NCBI GenBank assembly: GCA_963711565.1
Contig: CAVQEQ010000003.1
Span: 768,001-832,000 of the forward strand
Direction of reading: 5' to 3'
Source: an uncultured delta proteobacterium
GTDB lineage: Bacteria > Desulfobacterota > Binatia > Binatales > Binataceae
DNA: 64,000 nt
Below are positions 32,146 to 42,367 of this stretch, piece by piece. How positions within the stretch are numbered: the stretch's first letter is position 1; each line of letters starts with the position of its first letter. A program made the position numbers and the translations under genes. The notes under the pieces were generated by a model, which saw only the letters and a list, made by a program, of their open reading frames with translations, was not told where the DNA came from and searched no databases.

Positions 32146-32227
32146 TTGATAGGGCCGCGTCGGCGTGAAAAACTTGACACTTCGCGAAGCTCGCGCATAG
32201 GCTCCCACGACCTCGCACGGCATTCAC

Positions 32228-33412
32228 TTGAGTAAATCACCCGACACGAATCCGGACGACGCCAGGCTGATCGAGGCAGGCTTCGACCCTGCCCTTGCAC
32301 CCGTCGATGCGATCGCGAAACTCCGCGAGCTGCGATGGAAGCCCGGCGTAGGGGATACCGCAATCGCGCGCGCCCTCGGCAATATCGCAGACGCCGGCGC
32401 CGCGGCGATGCTCGTTGAGATGGAAGCCGGCGCGGCCCGCGCAATTCGTCGCGAGGTTCGCCGCGCGCTGTACAAGCTGAAGCAGCACGGCATCGACGCG
32501 CCCGCGGCCACCGCGCCGGCGGCAACCGCGATCCACGATAGCGCCGCTGACAAGGAAACGGCGGCGATGTTCTCGCCGATCGACGGCGAAGGCGCGCGTA
32601 TTGTGTGGATCGTCAAGCCGCGCATGCAGGGCGGCCTGATCCGGATGTGGGCGCTGATCTCGGAGCAGGAAGGTCTGGTCGGCGCGCAGAATACCCACCT
32701 GTCGCGGCGCGAGCTGAAGTCCGAACGCGACGAACTCGAGCGGCGCGCGCAGGTCAAGCTGGTCGATGGCGACTGGCGCGTCGCCGACTTCATCGCGTGC
32801 GAGGCATGGCGCAGCACGCCCGAGTCGCGCCGCGGACAGGTCGGAAACTTTCTCGCGCTGCGATCCGAGTTGATCGCGTCGCCGCCGCCGACCGAGCTGG
32901 TGCATCCTGTCTATACGGAGCTTGCGGCAGAGGCGGCAGGCGAGCCGTCGGTCGAGCTGCTCAAGGAACCCGAACTGCTCGAATGGCGGCTGCCCGACGC
33001 GATTCTCAAACCCTACGTCGATGAGATTAACCAGGCTGGCGAGAGCGTGATCGTGTTGAGCCCCGTCCATAAGCAGGAGCGCGTGAATGCCGTCATCGAG
33101 CGCGCGACCGCCGAATTGCTGAGCGGCGACAGCGGCCGACGAATCCAGCGGCGGCTCGAAGATATCGCCTACTACATCGCGCGAGTCGGACGCCGCACGC
33201 AGGCCGGATGGGCCACAGCAGCGGCGGCGCGGCTGCGTGACGGAGTCGATGTGACGAAGGTGCTGTTCTTCCAAGCGTTCATCCGCACGCAGCTCGGCAC
33301 CGTCGCGGCGGCGGAGCAGCAGAAAGCCGAGGAGGAGCCGCGCCTGATTATGACTCCGGCCGAAGCGATGCGCGCCCGCGAAGCCCGCGAAGCAAGAACG
33401 CGCCGCCGCTAG
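32228..33412 (+). CDS. Hypothetical protein (helical N-terminus)
   Basis: Long ORF with host-like codon usage; no catalytic motif recognised. Confidence 0.75.
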   Translation: MSKSPDTNPDDARLIEAGFDPALAPVDAIAKLRELRWKPGVGDTAIARALGNIADAGAAAMLVEMEAGAARAIRREVRRALYKLKQHGIDAPAATAPAATAIHDSAADKETAAMFSPIDGEGARIVWIVKPRMQGGLIRMWALISEQEGLVGAQNTHLSRRELKSERDELERRAQVKLVDGDWRVADFIACEAWRSTPESRRGQVGNFLALRSELIASPPPTELVHPVYTELAAEAAGEPSVELLKEPELLEWRLPDAILKPYVDEINQAGESVIVLSPVHKQERVNAVIERATAELLSGDSGRRIQRRLEDIAYYIARVGRRTQAGWATAAAARLRDGVDVTKVLFFQAFIRTQLGTVAAAEQQKAEEEPRLIMTPAEAMRAREAREARTRRR

Positions 33413-33515
33413 AGATTCTCTCGCGCCACTCAGTCGGCTACGATGCGTCGAGTCGGGCCGCACCGGAAGCTGACGCTGATTTAAAGCATAACTTTAATAT
33501 TCAGGATAACAATCG

Positions 33516-34712
33516 ATGATCGATCAACAGCCGCTGCGTGGGGTTCGGGTGCTCGACCTGTCGCGCGTTTTGGCGGGGCCGTTTTGCACGATGAACCTGG
33601 CGGACCTCGGCGCCGAGGTAATCAAGGTCGAGATGCCGGGGCGCGGCGACGACTCGCGCAGCTTTGCGCCGATGATGCCGTCGGGCGACTCGGGCTATTT
33701 CTACAGCGTCAATCGCGGCAAGCGTAGCGTCACGCTTGACTTGCGCACCGACGAGGGCGCTGCGGTTTTTCTGGAGTTGGCGGCAAAATCGGATGTAGTG
33801 GTTGAGAATTTCTCGCCGGGCACGATGGATCGTTTCAAAGTCGGGTACGCGCAGCTCAAGGCCGCCAATCCGAAAATTATTCTGTGCTCGATTTCCGGAT
33901 TCGGGCAGACCGGGCCGAAGACCGCGGCGCCCGCCTACGACATCGTGGCGCAGGCACTCGGCGGCACGATGAGTATCACCGGCAATCCGAGCGGCGAGCC
34001 GGTGCGATGCGGCGTGTCGGTCGGCGATCTGTCGGCGGCGCTCTACGGCGTGATTGCGATCATGGCGGCACTGCGCGTGCGCGACCGCGACGGCGTGGGC
34101 AATCACGTCGACATCGCGATGCTCGATTGCCAGGTCGCGATGCTCGAGGATGCGCTCGCGCGCTACTCGGTGTCGGGCAAGATTCCCGGGCGGCTCGGCA
34201 CGCGGCATCCGTCGATCACGCCGTTTCAGCAGTTTCGCGCGGCCGACGACTACTTCGTGATGGGCGCGGGCAACGAGGCTATCTGGCAGCGTTTCTGCGA
34301 CGCGATCGCGATGCCGCAACTGAAAGACGACCCGCGCTTCCTGACCAACGCCGATCGCACGGCGAACCATCCGGAGCTCGAGGCGATTCTCGCGCGCGCT
34401 TTTGCGATGCGGCCGCGCGATCACTGGCTGCGAATCCTCACCGACGCGTCAGTGCCGTGCGCGCCGATCGCCAACGTCGAGGAGGTCACGCGCGATCCGC
34501 ATCTGGCGGCGCGCAACATGATCCTGCGCGCGGAGCATCCGGAGTTCGACGGCCTGATCGTGCCGGGATCGCCGCTCAAAAGCGCCGGCGATACGGATAT
34601 CCCTTTGACCCGATCGCCGCGGCTGGGCGAGAGCACCGACGAAGTGCTGGCGAGCGTGCTCGGCTACGATAGTTTGCGGCTATCGGAATTGCGTAAGCGT
34701 AGTATCATATAG
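33516..34712 (+). CDS. Family III CoA-transferase
   Basis: LDLSRVLAGP, LADLGAEVIKVE, NRGKRS, ENFSPG, VGD. Confidence 0.92.
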   Translation: MIDQQPLRGVRVLDLSRVLAGPFCTMNLADLGAEVIKVEMPGRGDDSRSFAPMMPSGDSGYFYSVNRGKRSVTLDLRTDEGAAVFLELAAKSDVVVENFSPGTMDRFKVGYAQLKAANPKIILCSISGFGQTGPKTAAPAYDIVAQALGGTMSITGNPSGEPVRCGVSVGDLSAALYGVIAIMAALRVRDRDGVGNHVDIAMLDCQVAMLEDALARYSVSGKIPGRLGTRHPSITPFQQFRAADDYFVMGAGNEAIWQRFCDAIAMPQLKDDPRFLTNADRTANHPELEAILARAFAMRPRDHWLRILTDASVPCAPIANVEEVTRDPHLAARNMILRAEHPEFDGLIVPGSPLKSAGDTDIPLTRSPRLGESTDEVLASVLGYDSLRLSELRKRSII

Positions 34713-34769
34713 GGCTAACGATCTGCGGCGGGCGCCGGTATGGAGCGTCGCCGCCATAAGGAGAACATA

Positions 34770-35909
34770 GTGCGCGAAGTTGTTATCGTCGATGGAGTCA
34801 GGGTTCCGATTGGCAAGGCCGGCAAGGACAAGGGCTACTACAAGGATATCCGCGCCGACGACCTGGGCGCGATGTGCATCCGCCGCCTGCTCGAGAAAAA
34901 TCCGAAGCTCGACCCCAAAGAAATCGAGGACGTAGTCTGGGGATGCGCGAATCAGACCGGCGAGCAGGGCCTGAACGTGGGCCGAATGATCGGCCTGCTG
35001 TCGGGGTTGCCGGTAGAAGTCGCGGGCACGACGATCGATCGCCAATGCGGATCGAGCCTGCAGGCGGTGAACTTTGCGGCGCAGGAAATAATGACCGGCG
35101 CGGGCGAGGTCGCGATTGCGGGCGGCGTCGAGCATATGACGCACGTTGCGATGGGCTCGGGAATCCTGCCGAATCCCAAGCTGCTCGAGATGTTCCCGCG
35201 CGACATGTTCTTCATGGGAATGACGGCCGAGCGGCTGGCCGATATGTACAAGATAACGCGCGAGCAAGCGGACGCCTTCTCGCTGCGATCGAACATGCGC
35301 GCGGTGGCGGCGCGCGAGCGCTTCAAAGAAGAAATCGTGCCGGTCAAGCTGCCCGATGGACAGGTCGTCGACGTTGACCAGGGACCGCGCGCGGAAACGA
35401 CGATGGAAAAACTCGCCGGGCTGAAGCCTTCATTCAAGCCCGACGGCCAGGTGACGGCCGGCAACTCCTCGCAGTTGTCCGACGGCGCCGCGGCCGTGCT
35501 GCTGATGAGTGCGGAGCGGGCTAAGGCGCTCGGGGTCAAGCCGTTCGCGAAGATTCGCGCGACAGCGGTCGCGGGCGTGCGTCCGGAAATCATGGGATGG
35601 GGTCCGGTGCCCTCGACGCATAAGGCGTTGGCGCGCGCGGGACTCAAAATCGGCGACATCGACCTGTTCGAAATCAACGAGGCATTCGGCGCGCAGGTGC
35701 TCGCCTGCAACACTGATCTCAAGATCAACGAAGAGCGGCTCAACGTGAACGGCGGCGCGATCGCACTTGGACATCCGCTCGGATGCTCCGGCGCGCGGCT
35801 GGTGGTGACGTTGACGCATGAGATGCGCCGGCGCGGCGTCGCGCTCGGAGTGGCGACGATGTGTATCGGGATCGGCCAGGGTATCGCGACGGTGATCGAG
35901 CAGGTATGA
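34770..35909 (+). CDS. Acetyl-CoA acyltransferase (thiolase)
   Basis: RQCGSSLQA, NEAF, GHPLG, TMCIGIGQG. Confidence 0.95.
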   Translation: MREVVIVDGVRVPIGKAGKDKGYYKDIRADDLGAMCIRRLLEKNPKLDPKEIEDVVWGCANQTGEQGLNVGRMIGLLSGLPVEVAGTTIDRQCGSSLQAVNFAAQEIMTGAGEVAIAGGVEHMTHVAMGSGILPNPKLLEMFPRDMFFMGMTAERLADMYKITREQADAFSLRSNMRAVAARERFKEEIVPVKLPDGQVVDVDQGPRAETTMEKLAGLKPSFKPDGQVTAGNSSQLSDGAAAVLLMSAERAKALGVKPFAKIRATAVAGVRPEIMGWGPVPSTHKALARAGLKIGDIDLFEINEAFGAQVLACNTDLKINEERLNVNGGAIALGHPLGCSGARLVVTLTHEMRRRGVALGVATMCIGIGQGIATVIEQV

Positions 35910-36553
35910 ACCGCGGCGGACAGGGACTGCGCGCGCTCGCCATCGTGATATCACTGGCGCTGATCGTTGGTGCGTTCTACAACTTCAGCCTTCGGATGCG
36001 CACAAAGCCGGCGCCGCTTCTCCGGCTCGACACGCCGCAAGCGGCCACCTCGCCCGGCGATGAAGGCCTCGAATTCAGCGCACCCGGCCTCGACGGCAAG
36101 GATATCAATCTGAGCAGTTACCGCGGGCATCCGGTGATCGTCGATTTCTGGGCGACGTGGTGTGGGCCGTGCCGCAAGCAGATTCCCGAATTGGTCGCGC
36201 TCTACAAGAAATACAACAAGTCGCGCGGCCTGGTGATAATCGGAGTTTCGTGCGACCTGATTCAGGGCGACGGAGTGAAGGCAGTCGCGCCGTTCGTCGA
36301 AGAGTTCCGGATGAATTATCCGATCGCGCTGGCAGACGAGCGGCTGACAGACAGCATGGGAATTGAAGCGATACCTACGACGCTGTTCATCGGACGCGAC
36401 GGTAAACTGGTCTCGCGAATAGTAGGCGCGGGTCAGGCGGGCGAAATTACCGACAGCGCAAAGCAACTGCTCGACGGTGTCAAAGGTCCGGTCGCGCCGA
36501 GCAAGCCCGACGACATCAATGGCCACGTCGTAAACATCTCGGTCGTGAAGTAG
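35906..36553 (+). CDS. TlpA-family thiol-disulfide oxidoreductase
   Basis: FWATWCGPC; N-terminal TM anchor. Confidence 0.9.
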   Translation: MNRGGQGLRALAIVISLALIVGAFYNFSLRMRTKPAPLLRLDTPQAATSPGDEGLEFSAPGLDGKDINLSSYRGHPVIVDFWATWCGPCRKQIPELVALYKKYNKSRGLVIIGVSCDLIQGDGVKAVAPFVEEFRMNYPIALADERLTDSMGIEAIPTTLFIGRDGKLVSRIVGAGQAGEITDSAKQLLDGVKGPVAPSKPDDINGHVVNISVVK

Positions 36554-36583
36554 GTTCGGGAGGCTGGCGCATTGCAACCATAG

Positions 36584-37594
36584 CTATTTCACCAGGTTGC
36601 CTTCGACGTACTCCCAATTTGTAGTTTCGGAGAATATCTCGCCGCTGCCTTTTGCGAAGGCACCCGCCGCGTAAGTGTCGCCCTGAAGCTGCGCCATCAT
36701 CCACGCGGTAGGGTATCCGAGGTAGCCGTAAACGCCGAAGGTGCATCCCAGTTGTCGCCTAAATATCCAACCGTTGGAGCATTCCGGCTGGCCCTGAACG
36801 TCGAGGTGATCGGACCCGATCAGCGTTCCCTTCACTTTTGCGATCCCGCTCGGCGCGGCGTCGTAGTAAGCCTGTATCGATTGCTCACCGGACTCCCATG
36901 AGTACTGGGTCGGCGGCGAGATCCCGTCCTCGGAACCGTCGATGAAGAATATGGATCCGTTCGTCAGGTTTTTAGTGTCGGTACAGTTGAGCTTGCTGCT
37001 GCAAAAGAAATGCTTGGGCAACTCGATCGCGATGACGGTCTTTATCGAGCCTTTGGATTTGATCAGCGCGTTGATCGCGCCGGTGGCGCCTTGAGAATGG
37101 CCCAGTGCGCCGATCTCCTTCACGTCGAGCTTCCGGTAGAAAATGCTCGCCGCGTTGCTGTTCTCACCGATCATGAAATTCGCCGCGTCGAGTATTGTCT
37201 GTCCGGGGCCGGTGTATTCATCTTCCGTGGCGACGACCACGAAACCCCACGAGGCCACGTGCCTCAGAAAGTAGTCGTATTGATCCGGCTTTGCGTAAGT
37301 CCCATTTCCCCAGGTGAGGATCGGGTGTTTGAATCCGCCGGCGCCCAACTTCGTCGGATAATACAGATCAAATCTGTTTCCTGACGAATCGCAGCACGCG
37401 CCCGCAGGACTGGCCGTCACCGCCCATGGGCCACTTGCATAATATTTCAACTCGATCGGCCTGCTCGGGTAGTTGCCCGTGTTCGCGGGCGTGCTCGTGC
37501 TGCATCCGAGCATCATCGCCATCGCCAATAGCCACGGAAGCGGCTTTGTCCGCACCGCCGACTGGCCGCCGCGAATGGTGTCTCTGTCGTGCAT
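36584..37594 (-). CDS. Secreted alpha/beta hydrolase (cutinase/chlorophyllase-like), probable lipoprotein
   Basis: TWGNGT, HVASWGFVV, GHSQG, lipobox LGC. Confidence 0.8.
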   Translation of the reverse strand: MHDRDTIRGGQSAVRTKPLPWLLAMAMMLGCSTSTPANTGNYPSRPIELKYYASGPWAVTASPAGACCDSSGNRFDLYYPTKLGAGGFKHPILTWGNGTYAKPDQYDYFLRHVASWGFVVVATEDEYTGPGQTILDAANFMIGENSNAASIFYRKLDVKEIGALGHSQGATGAINALIKSKGSIKTVIAIELPKHFFCSSKLNCTDTKNLTNGSIFFIDGSEDGISPPTQYSWESGEQSIQAYYDAAPSGIAKVKGTLIGSDHLDVQGQPECSNGWIFRRQLGCTFGVYGYLGYPTAWMMAQLQGDTYAAGAFAKGSGEIFSETTNWEYVEGNLVK

Positions 37595-37684
37595 CGGGTT
37601 GACGGGACAGTAGCTGAGTCGGGCGCGATAGGAACAGGCTTGTGGATTCACATCCGCGATGCGGGCTAAGATGCCGGTTTAGTG

Positions 37685-37930
37685 ATGGACCCCAGGGAAA
37701 TCGAGACGATGATTGCGCGCGGGATCCCCGACGCTCAAGTCGAGGTGCGCGATTACACCGGCGGCGGAGACCATTTCGAGGCGCTGGTGGTCAGCCCGAG
37801 TTTCGAGGGCAAGGGTTTAATCGAACGGCATCAACTGGTGTATAAGGCGCTGGGCGACGCGATGCGCGTGCAGGTGCATGCGCTCACGCTCAAGACGCTG
37901 ACGCCGGCGCAATATCAGAACCGCAGATAA
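37685..37930 (+). CDS. bolA: BolA-family protein
   Basis: DHFEALVVSPSF, RHQLVY, VHAL. Confidence 0.92.
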   Translation: MDPREIETMIARGIPDAQVEVRDYTGGGDHFEALVVSPSFEGKGLIERHQLVYKALGDAMRVQVHALTLKTLTPAQYQNRR

Positions 37931-37942
37931 GAGGAAGAGAAA

Positions 37943-38275
37943 ATGGCGGACATAATCGAAAAGATCGAAGCGGCAGTCAAAGAAAACAAGATCATGATCT
38001 TCATGAAAGGCAACCGGAGTTTTCCGCAATGCGGATTCTCGGCTGCCACCGTTGCGATTTTCGACGAGATCGGCGAGCCCTACGCGACGGCCGACGTGCT
38101 GAGCGATCCGGAGCTGCGCGACGCGATCAAGCGCTACAGCAGCTGGCCGACGATTCCGCAGGTCTATATCGACGGCAAGTTCGTCGGCGGCTGCGATATT
38201 ATTCGCGAGATGCACGAGTCGGGCGAGCTCGAGCCACTGGTGAAGGCGGCAGTCGGGGCCCCGGCGCAGCAGTAA
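37943..38275 (+). CDS. grxD: Monothiol glutaredoxin Grx4
   Basis: PQCGFS, WPTIPQ, GGCD. Confidence 0.95.
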   Translation: MADIIEKIEAAVKENKIMIFMKGNRSFPQCGFSAATVAIFDEIGEPYATADVLSDPELRDAIKRYSSWPTIPQVYIDGKFVGGCDIIREMHESGELEPLVKAAVGAPAQQ

Positions 38276-38300
38276 TCGGTTAGCGTTCAGCTAATCCGCG

Positions 38301-38365
38301 GAACCCTCACCTACCGGCCGCGATGCGGCCGGCCGCCTCTCCCGTAAAGTAACGGGCGAGGTAAG
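38301..38365 (+). repeat. REP-like double hairpin, inverted relative of 27731-27797
   Basis: GAACCCTCACCTACCGG...CTCTCCCGTAAAGTAACGGGCGAGGTAAG closely matches the reverse complement of 27731-27797. Confidence 0.85.
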
Positions 38366-38384
38366 AACAGTCCGGGAGGCAATC

Positions 38385-39278
38385 ATGCTTACTGAGCAGG
38401 AACGTTCTTTTCTTGAGGCGATGGCCAAGACTCCGATGCCTACCGACGTGATTGGGCTACGGACGCTGATGGAAACGTTCGCGCCGATGATGAATCAGAA
38501 TCTTCCCGAGATTGGCGCGTTGCATGAAGCCGTCGAAATTCGGCCTGGTCTCACCGCCGACATCGCGGTGCCGAAGGGTAAGGGACCGCATCCGTTGGTC
38601 GTCTATCTGCACGGCGGCGGATGGGTCGGGGGCAGTCCCAAGTCGCATCGCAAACTCGGAATGCAATTCGCCGAAGCTGGATACCTGACGATCAATGTCG
38701 ATTACCGGCTCGCGCCCGAGCATCCGTTTCCCGCGGGGTTCGATGATTGCGTGTATGCGGTGAAGTGGACCGGCGAGAACGCCAAGCGATGGAATGGCGA
38801 CGCGTCGCGGCTGGCGGTTGGCGGCGATTCCGCCGGCGGCAATCTAACTGCGGCGACAGTTACGTCGCTGGCGGCGGAGAAATACGCGGGGCCGGCGAAG
38901 CCGAAGGCGGCGCTGTTGATTTATGGAGTGTTCGATTTCCCCGCAGTGATCAAGCGGGAGAAAGATGCCGCTGCATTCGACGGAATGGTAAGGGCGTACG
39001 CGGGCGCAGGCTATCCCGCGATTCTCGAGGATCCGCGAGTCAGTCCGCTGCGTGCAGTGAAACCGGGTGCGATGCCGCCGAGCTTTGTAATCTGCGGCGC
39101 GGCGGACACGCTGTTGCCGGAGACGCATTCGATGGCGGAGGCACTCAAGCGCGCCGACATCCGGCACGAAGTGGCGATCTACGACGACATGCCGCACGGC
39201 TTCCTGCAGATGGATGTGCTGTCGGGATGCAAGCAGGGACTCGACAAGATGTTCGATTTTCTGCGGCGCACGCTCTAG
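38385..39278 (+). CDS. HSL-family (family IV) esterase
   Basis: HGGGW, YRLAPE, GDSAGG, HGF. Confidence 0.92.
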   Translation: MLTEQERSFLEAMAKTPMPTDVIGLRTLMETFAPMMNQNLPEIGALHEAVEIRPGLTADIAVPKGKGPHPLVVYLHGGGWVGGSPKSHRKLGMQFAEAGYLTINVDYRLAPEHPFPAGFDDCVYAVKWTGENAKRWNGDASRLAVGGDSAGGNLTAATVTSLAAEKYAGPAKPKAALLIYGVFDFPAVIKREKDAAAFDGMVRAYAGAGYPAILEDPRVSPLRAVKPGAMPPSFVICGAADTLLPETHSMAEALKRADIRHEVAIYDDMPHGFLQMDVLSGCKQGLDKMFDFLRRTL

Positions 39279-39291
39279 CGCGTCCACGAAC

Positions 39292-39975
39292 TCAATCGAT
39301 GACGCGCTTGCCGGGTTGACGCACGCTTCTGACCAGTTGCTCGGTGACCTGCTCGACGATCCATTGCGGCTTCCATTTGCCGCCCTCGCGATACCAGTTG
39401 GCGACGGTGAAGGCGGCGCGCAAGATCACATAGGTCATGAGTTTCGGATCACCCGGGACGAAAACTCCCTTGTCGATTCCACTGCGCACGATATTCGTGA
39501 ACATCCGCTCGTAACGACGCCCCAACGCTCGGATGCGCTTTCGATTCTCGGGGCTAAGCGACACGGGGTCGGGCACCGCGCGTTCGTAACGCCCCTCCTC
39601 CTCGAAAATTCTGGCGATCGCGGCTGCGGTCGCCTTGCGCAGGGCCAGTTCTGGATCTTTGTCCGCTAACGGAGCGATCGCCGCCAGTTTTTCGATCAAT
39701 CGGTTTACCAGCTCGATTCGGATCTCGGTGAAGATTTCCTCCTTGGAGCGGAAGTAGTGATAGATGTGCCCCTTGGCCAATCCGCACTCGCGCGCTATCT
39801 GGTCCATGTTGGTGGCGTCGTAGCCGCCATACGCGAAAGCGCGCGCGGCTCCTCCCAGGATTTCCCGGCGGCGTTCCGCGGCCTTCGCGATGTCGCGGAC
39901 GCGATAGCCGCGGACACCGAGCGGCCGCGCTTGGGCCGCCGCGGCCGATTCGAGTTTTGATTTGTTCGTCGCCAT
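39292..39975 (-). CDS. TetR-family regulator
   Basis: IARECGLAKGHIYHYFRSKEE; divergent from the SDR operon. Confidence 0.9.
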   Translation of the reverse strand: MATNKSKLESAAAAQARPLGVRGYRVRDIAKAAERRREILGGAARAFAYGGYDATNMDQIARECGLAKGHIYHYFRSKEEIFTEIRIELVNRLIEKLAAIAPLADKDPELALRKATAAAIARIFEEEGRYERAVPDPVSLSPENRKRIRALGRRYERMFTNIVRSGIDKGVFVPGDPKLMTYVILRAAFTVANWYREGGKWKPQWIVEQVTEQLVRSVRQPGKRVID

Positions 39976-40065
39976 TCCTTCGGCATTCCGGCGCATACTC
40001 CTTGACCGGACTGCTCGTTTTAGAATATCTGTTTTAAGAGGACGAAAGCAACGGGAGTTGTAGTC

Positions 40066-40837
40066 ATGGATCGAACCTACGTCGTCACAGGCGCCACGTC
40101 CGGCATCGGCGCGGCAACAGCGCGCCATCTTCGGGAACGAGGCGGCCGGGTGATCGGCTGCGATCTACGCGACGCGGATGTCATCGCGGACCTGACGACC
40201 CGCGAAGGACGTGCGGCGCTGGTCAACGGCGTAACGCGCCTGTCCGGCGGCAGCATCGACGCGATCGTTGCCAATGCCGGCGGCGGCCCGGCGGAGACCA
40301 TGCTCTCGTTGAACTTCTTCGGCACAGTGGCGACGCTCGAAGGGTTGCGACCACTCCTCAAGACCAGTCCCGCGCCGCGCGCCGTGATGGTCTCCTCAAT
40401 CGCCTCGATGCAGCCGGCCGATCCACTCGTCGAAGCTTGTCTGAGTATGGACGAACCTGCGGCAACCGCCGCTGCAAGGGACGCGATCGCTGCCGGAAAG
40501 GGTCCTTTGGATCTATACGGCAGCGCCAAGCGCGCGTTGAACTGTTGGTGCCGAAGAGTCGCGATCAAACCGGATTGGGCCTGCCGGAATCCCGCTGAAC
40601 GTGGTCGCGCCAGGCTTTATCGACACGCCTGCTGCCGCATATATCCTGTCAGATCCAGGCAGGAGTGCGGCGGCGGCAGGGATGGTACCGATGCGCGGGG
40701 CATATCCCGGCCGTCCTGAGCAGATGGCCGCCATGCTTGCCTGGTGCGTGAGCCCGGAGAATTCGCTGATGACGGGGCAAATCCTCTTTGTCGATGGCGG
40801 CGCCGAATGTTTGTCGCGCGGGGAGCGCTCGTGGTGA
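40066..40837 (+). pseudogene. SDR oxidoreductase (3-alpha-HSD-like), frameshifted near 40581
   Basis: TGATSGIG and YGSAK in one frame; GIPLNVVAPG and GQILFVDGG in another. Confidence 0.82.
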
Positions 40838-42342
40838 AACACGATTCGATGTCCGGCCGTCCGCCGCTCACTCTATGGACCAACATCCTGTATGGCGTCG
40901 GGTCGATCGCCTTCGGGGTGCATCTGGCCGTGCTCACTTCCGCGCTCCTGCTGTTTTACAACCAGGTGGTTGGGCTGCCTGCGGCGTGGGTCGGGGGCGC
41001 GATGGCGCTGACGCTGATCTTCGATGCGATCTGCGATCCGCTGATTGGAGAATGGTCGGATCATACGCGATCGCGATGGGGCCGGCGTCATCCGTTCATG
41101 TACGCCTCTGCGCTTCCGACCGCGGTCGCATTCTACTTCCTGTTCGATCCCCCGATCGGATGGACGCAGGGCCATCTGCTCATCTACTTCGCCGTGATGC
41201 TGATGACGGTGCGAATGCTCTTGAGTCTTTACGAAATCCCCAGCTCAGCGTTGGGACCGGAGCTCACGCTGGACTACGACCAGCGCACGACGCTGATGAG
41301 TTCGCGCTTCTTTTTTGGAACCCTGGGCGGAGCGGCGATCTCGGTGCTCGCGCTGCAAGTCTTCCTGCGCAAGGACGCGACCCATCCGCTGGGCCTGCTT
41401 AACCGCGCGGGGTACCAGCAAACCGCGCTGCTCGCGAGCATCGTGATTTTCGTGTCGATAATTATCTCGTGCGTCGGCACTCAGCGCTTCATCGGCAGCC
41501 TGGTCCACGAGCCGAGAGTTCAGACCACGTGGCGGGAGAAGTTCGGAGAGCTGAGCGGCACCCTGACCAATCGATCGTTTCTGGCGCTGACTGTTTCGGG
41601 AATAATCGGCGCCGTTTCCGCCGGCTTGAGGCAGGGACTCGACTTCTACATCTCGGCGTATTTCTTTGGACTGACGCCCGCCCAAATGTCGTACCTTGCC
41701 GCAGCCGGGCTGTTCGCCGCGTTTGCCGGGGTTGGTCTGGCGCCGGCAATCTCGAAGCGGTTCGGCAAGAAGCAATCCATGATCGGCGTCTTTTTCGCCT
41801 CGCTGTTCGCTTCAGTGGCGCCGATCGCGATGCGTCTGATCGGGATGCTGCCGCCCAACGGCACCGAGGCATTGTTCGCGATCGTGTTCGCCTTCAATTT
41901 CTTCGCCGCGACCCTCGGGCTTAGCGGATTCATCATTGTAAGCTCGATGATGTCCGACGTGGTCGAAGATGCCGCGGTGTCAACCGGACAACGCTCGGAA
42001 GGGCTGCTGTTTGCCGCCAACGGCCTCATATCCAAATGCGTCACGGGAGTTGGCACCTTCCTTTCCGGACTCATGCTCGCATGGGTCAGCTTTCCGCAGC
42101 ATGCGACGCCGGGCGAGGTTGACCCGGCGATCCTGCATCACCTCGGCATGGCCTTTGTTCCGATCGTCACGACGTTCAGCGCGATTGCGATCGCAGTCCT
42201 GATGTTTTACGACATCGACCGCTCCACGCATCAGAGGAATGTCGAACGCCTGGAAGGGGCAGTGCAGCCCGATCCAGAAGCGGGCGCTGGGGTAAACGTG
42301 CTTGATGATGAGAGCGTACCGGCATCTGCGCGAGTTTCGTGA
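40834..42342 (+). CDS. MFS glycoside-pentoside-hexuronide (MelB-like) transporter
   Basis: DAICDPLIGEWSD.TRSRWGRRHPF, ELTLDYDQRT, RSEG. Confidence 0.9.
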   Translation: MKHDSMSGRPPLTLWTNILYGVGSIAFGVHLAVLTSALLLFYNQVVGLPAAWVGGAMALTLIFDAICDPLIGEWSDHTRSRWGRRHPFMYASALPTAVAFYFLFDPPIGWTQGHLLIYFAVMLMTVRMLLSLYEIPSSALGPELTLDYDQRTTLMSSRFFFGTLGGAAISVLALQVFLRKDATHPLGLLNRAGYQQTALLASIVIFVSIIISCVGTQRFIGSLVHEPRVQTTWREKFGELSGTLTNRSFLALTVSGIIGAVSAGLRQGLDFYISAYFFGLTPAQMSYLAAAGLFAAFAGVGLAPAISKRFGKKQSMIGVFFASLFASVAPIAMRLIGMLPPNGTEALFAIVFAFNFFAATLGLSGFIIVSSMMSDVVEDAAVSTGQRSEGLLFAANGLISKCVTGVGTFLSGLMLAWVSFPQHATPGEVDPAILHHLGMAFVPIVTTFSAIAIAVLMFYDIDRSTHQRNVERLEGAVQPDPEAGAGVNVLDDESVPASARVS

Positions 42343-42367
42343 ACGGTTGTAAACCTCAGGCTGGTTG

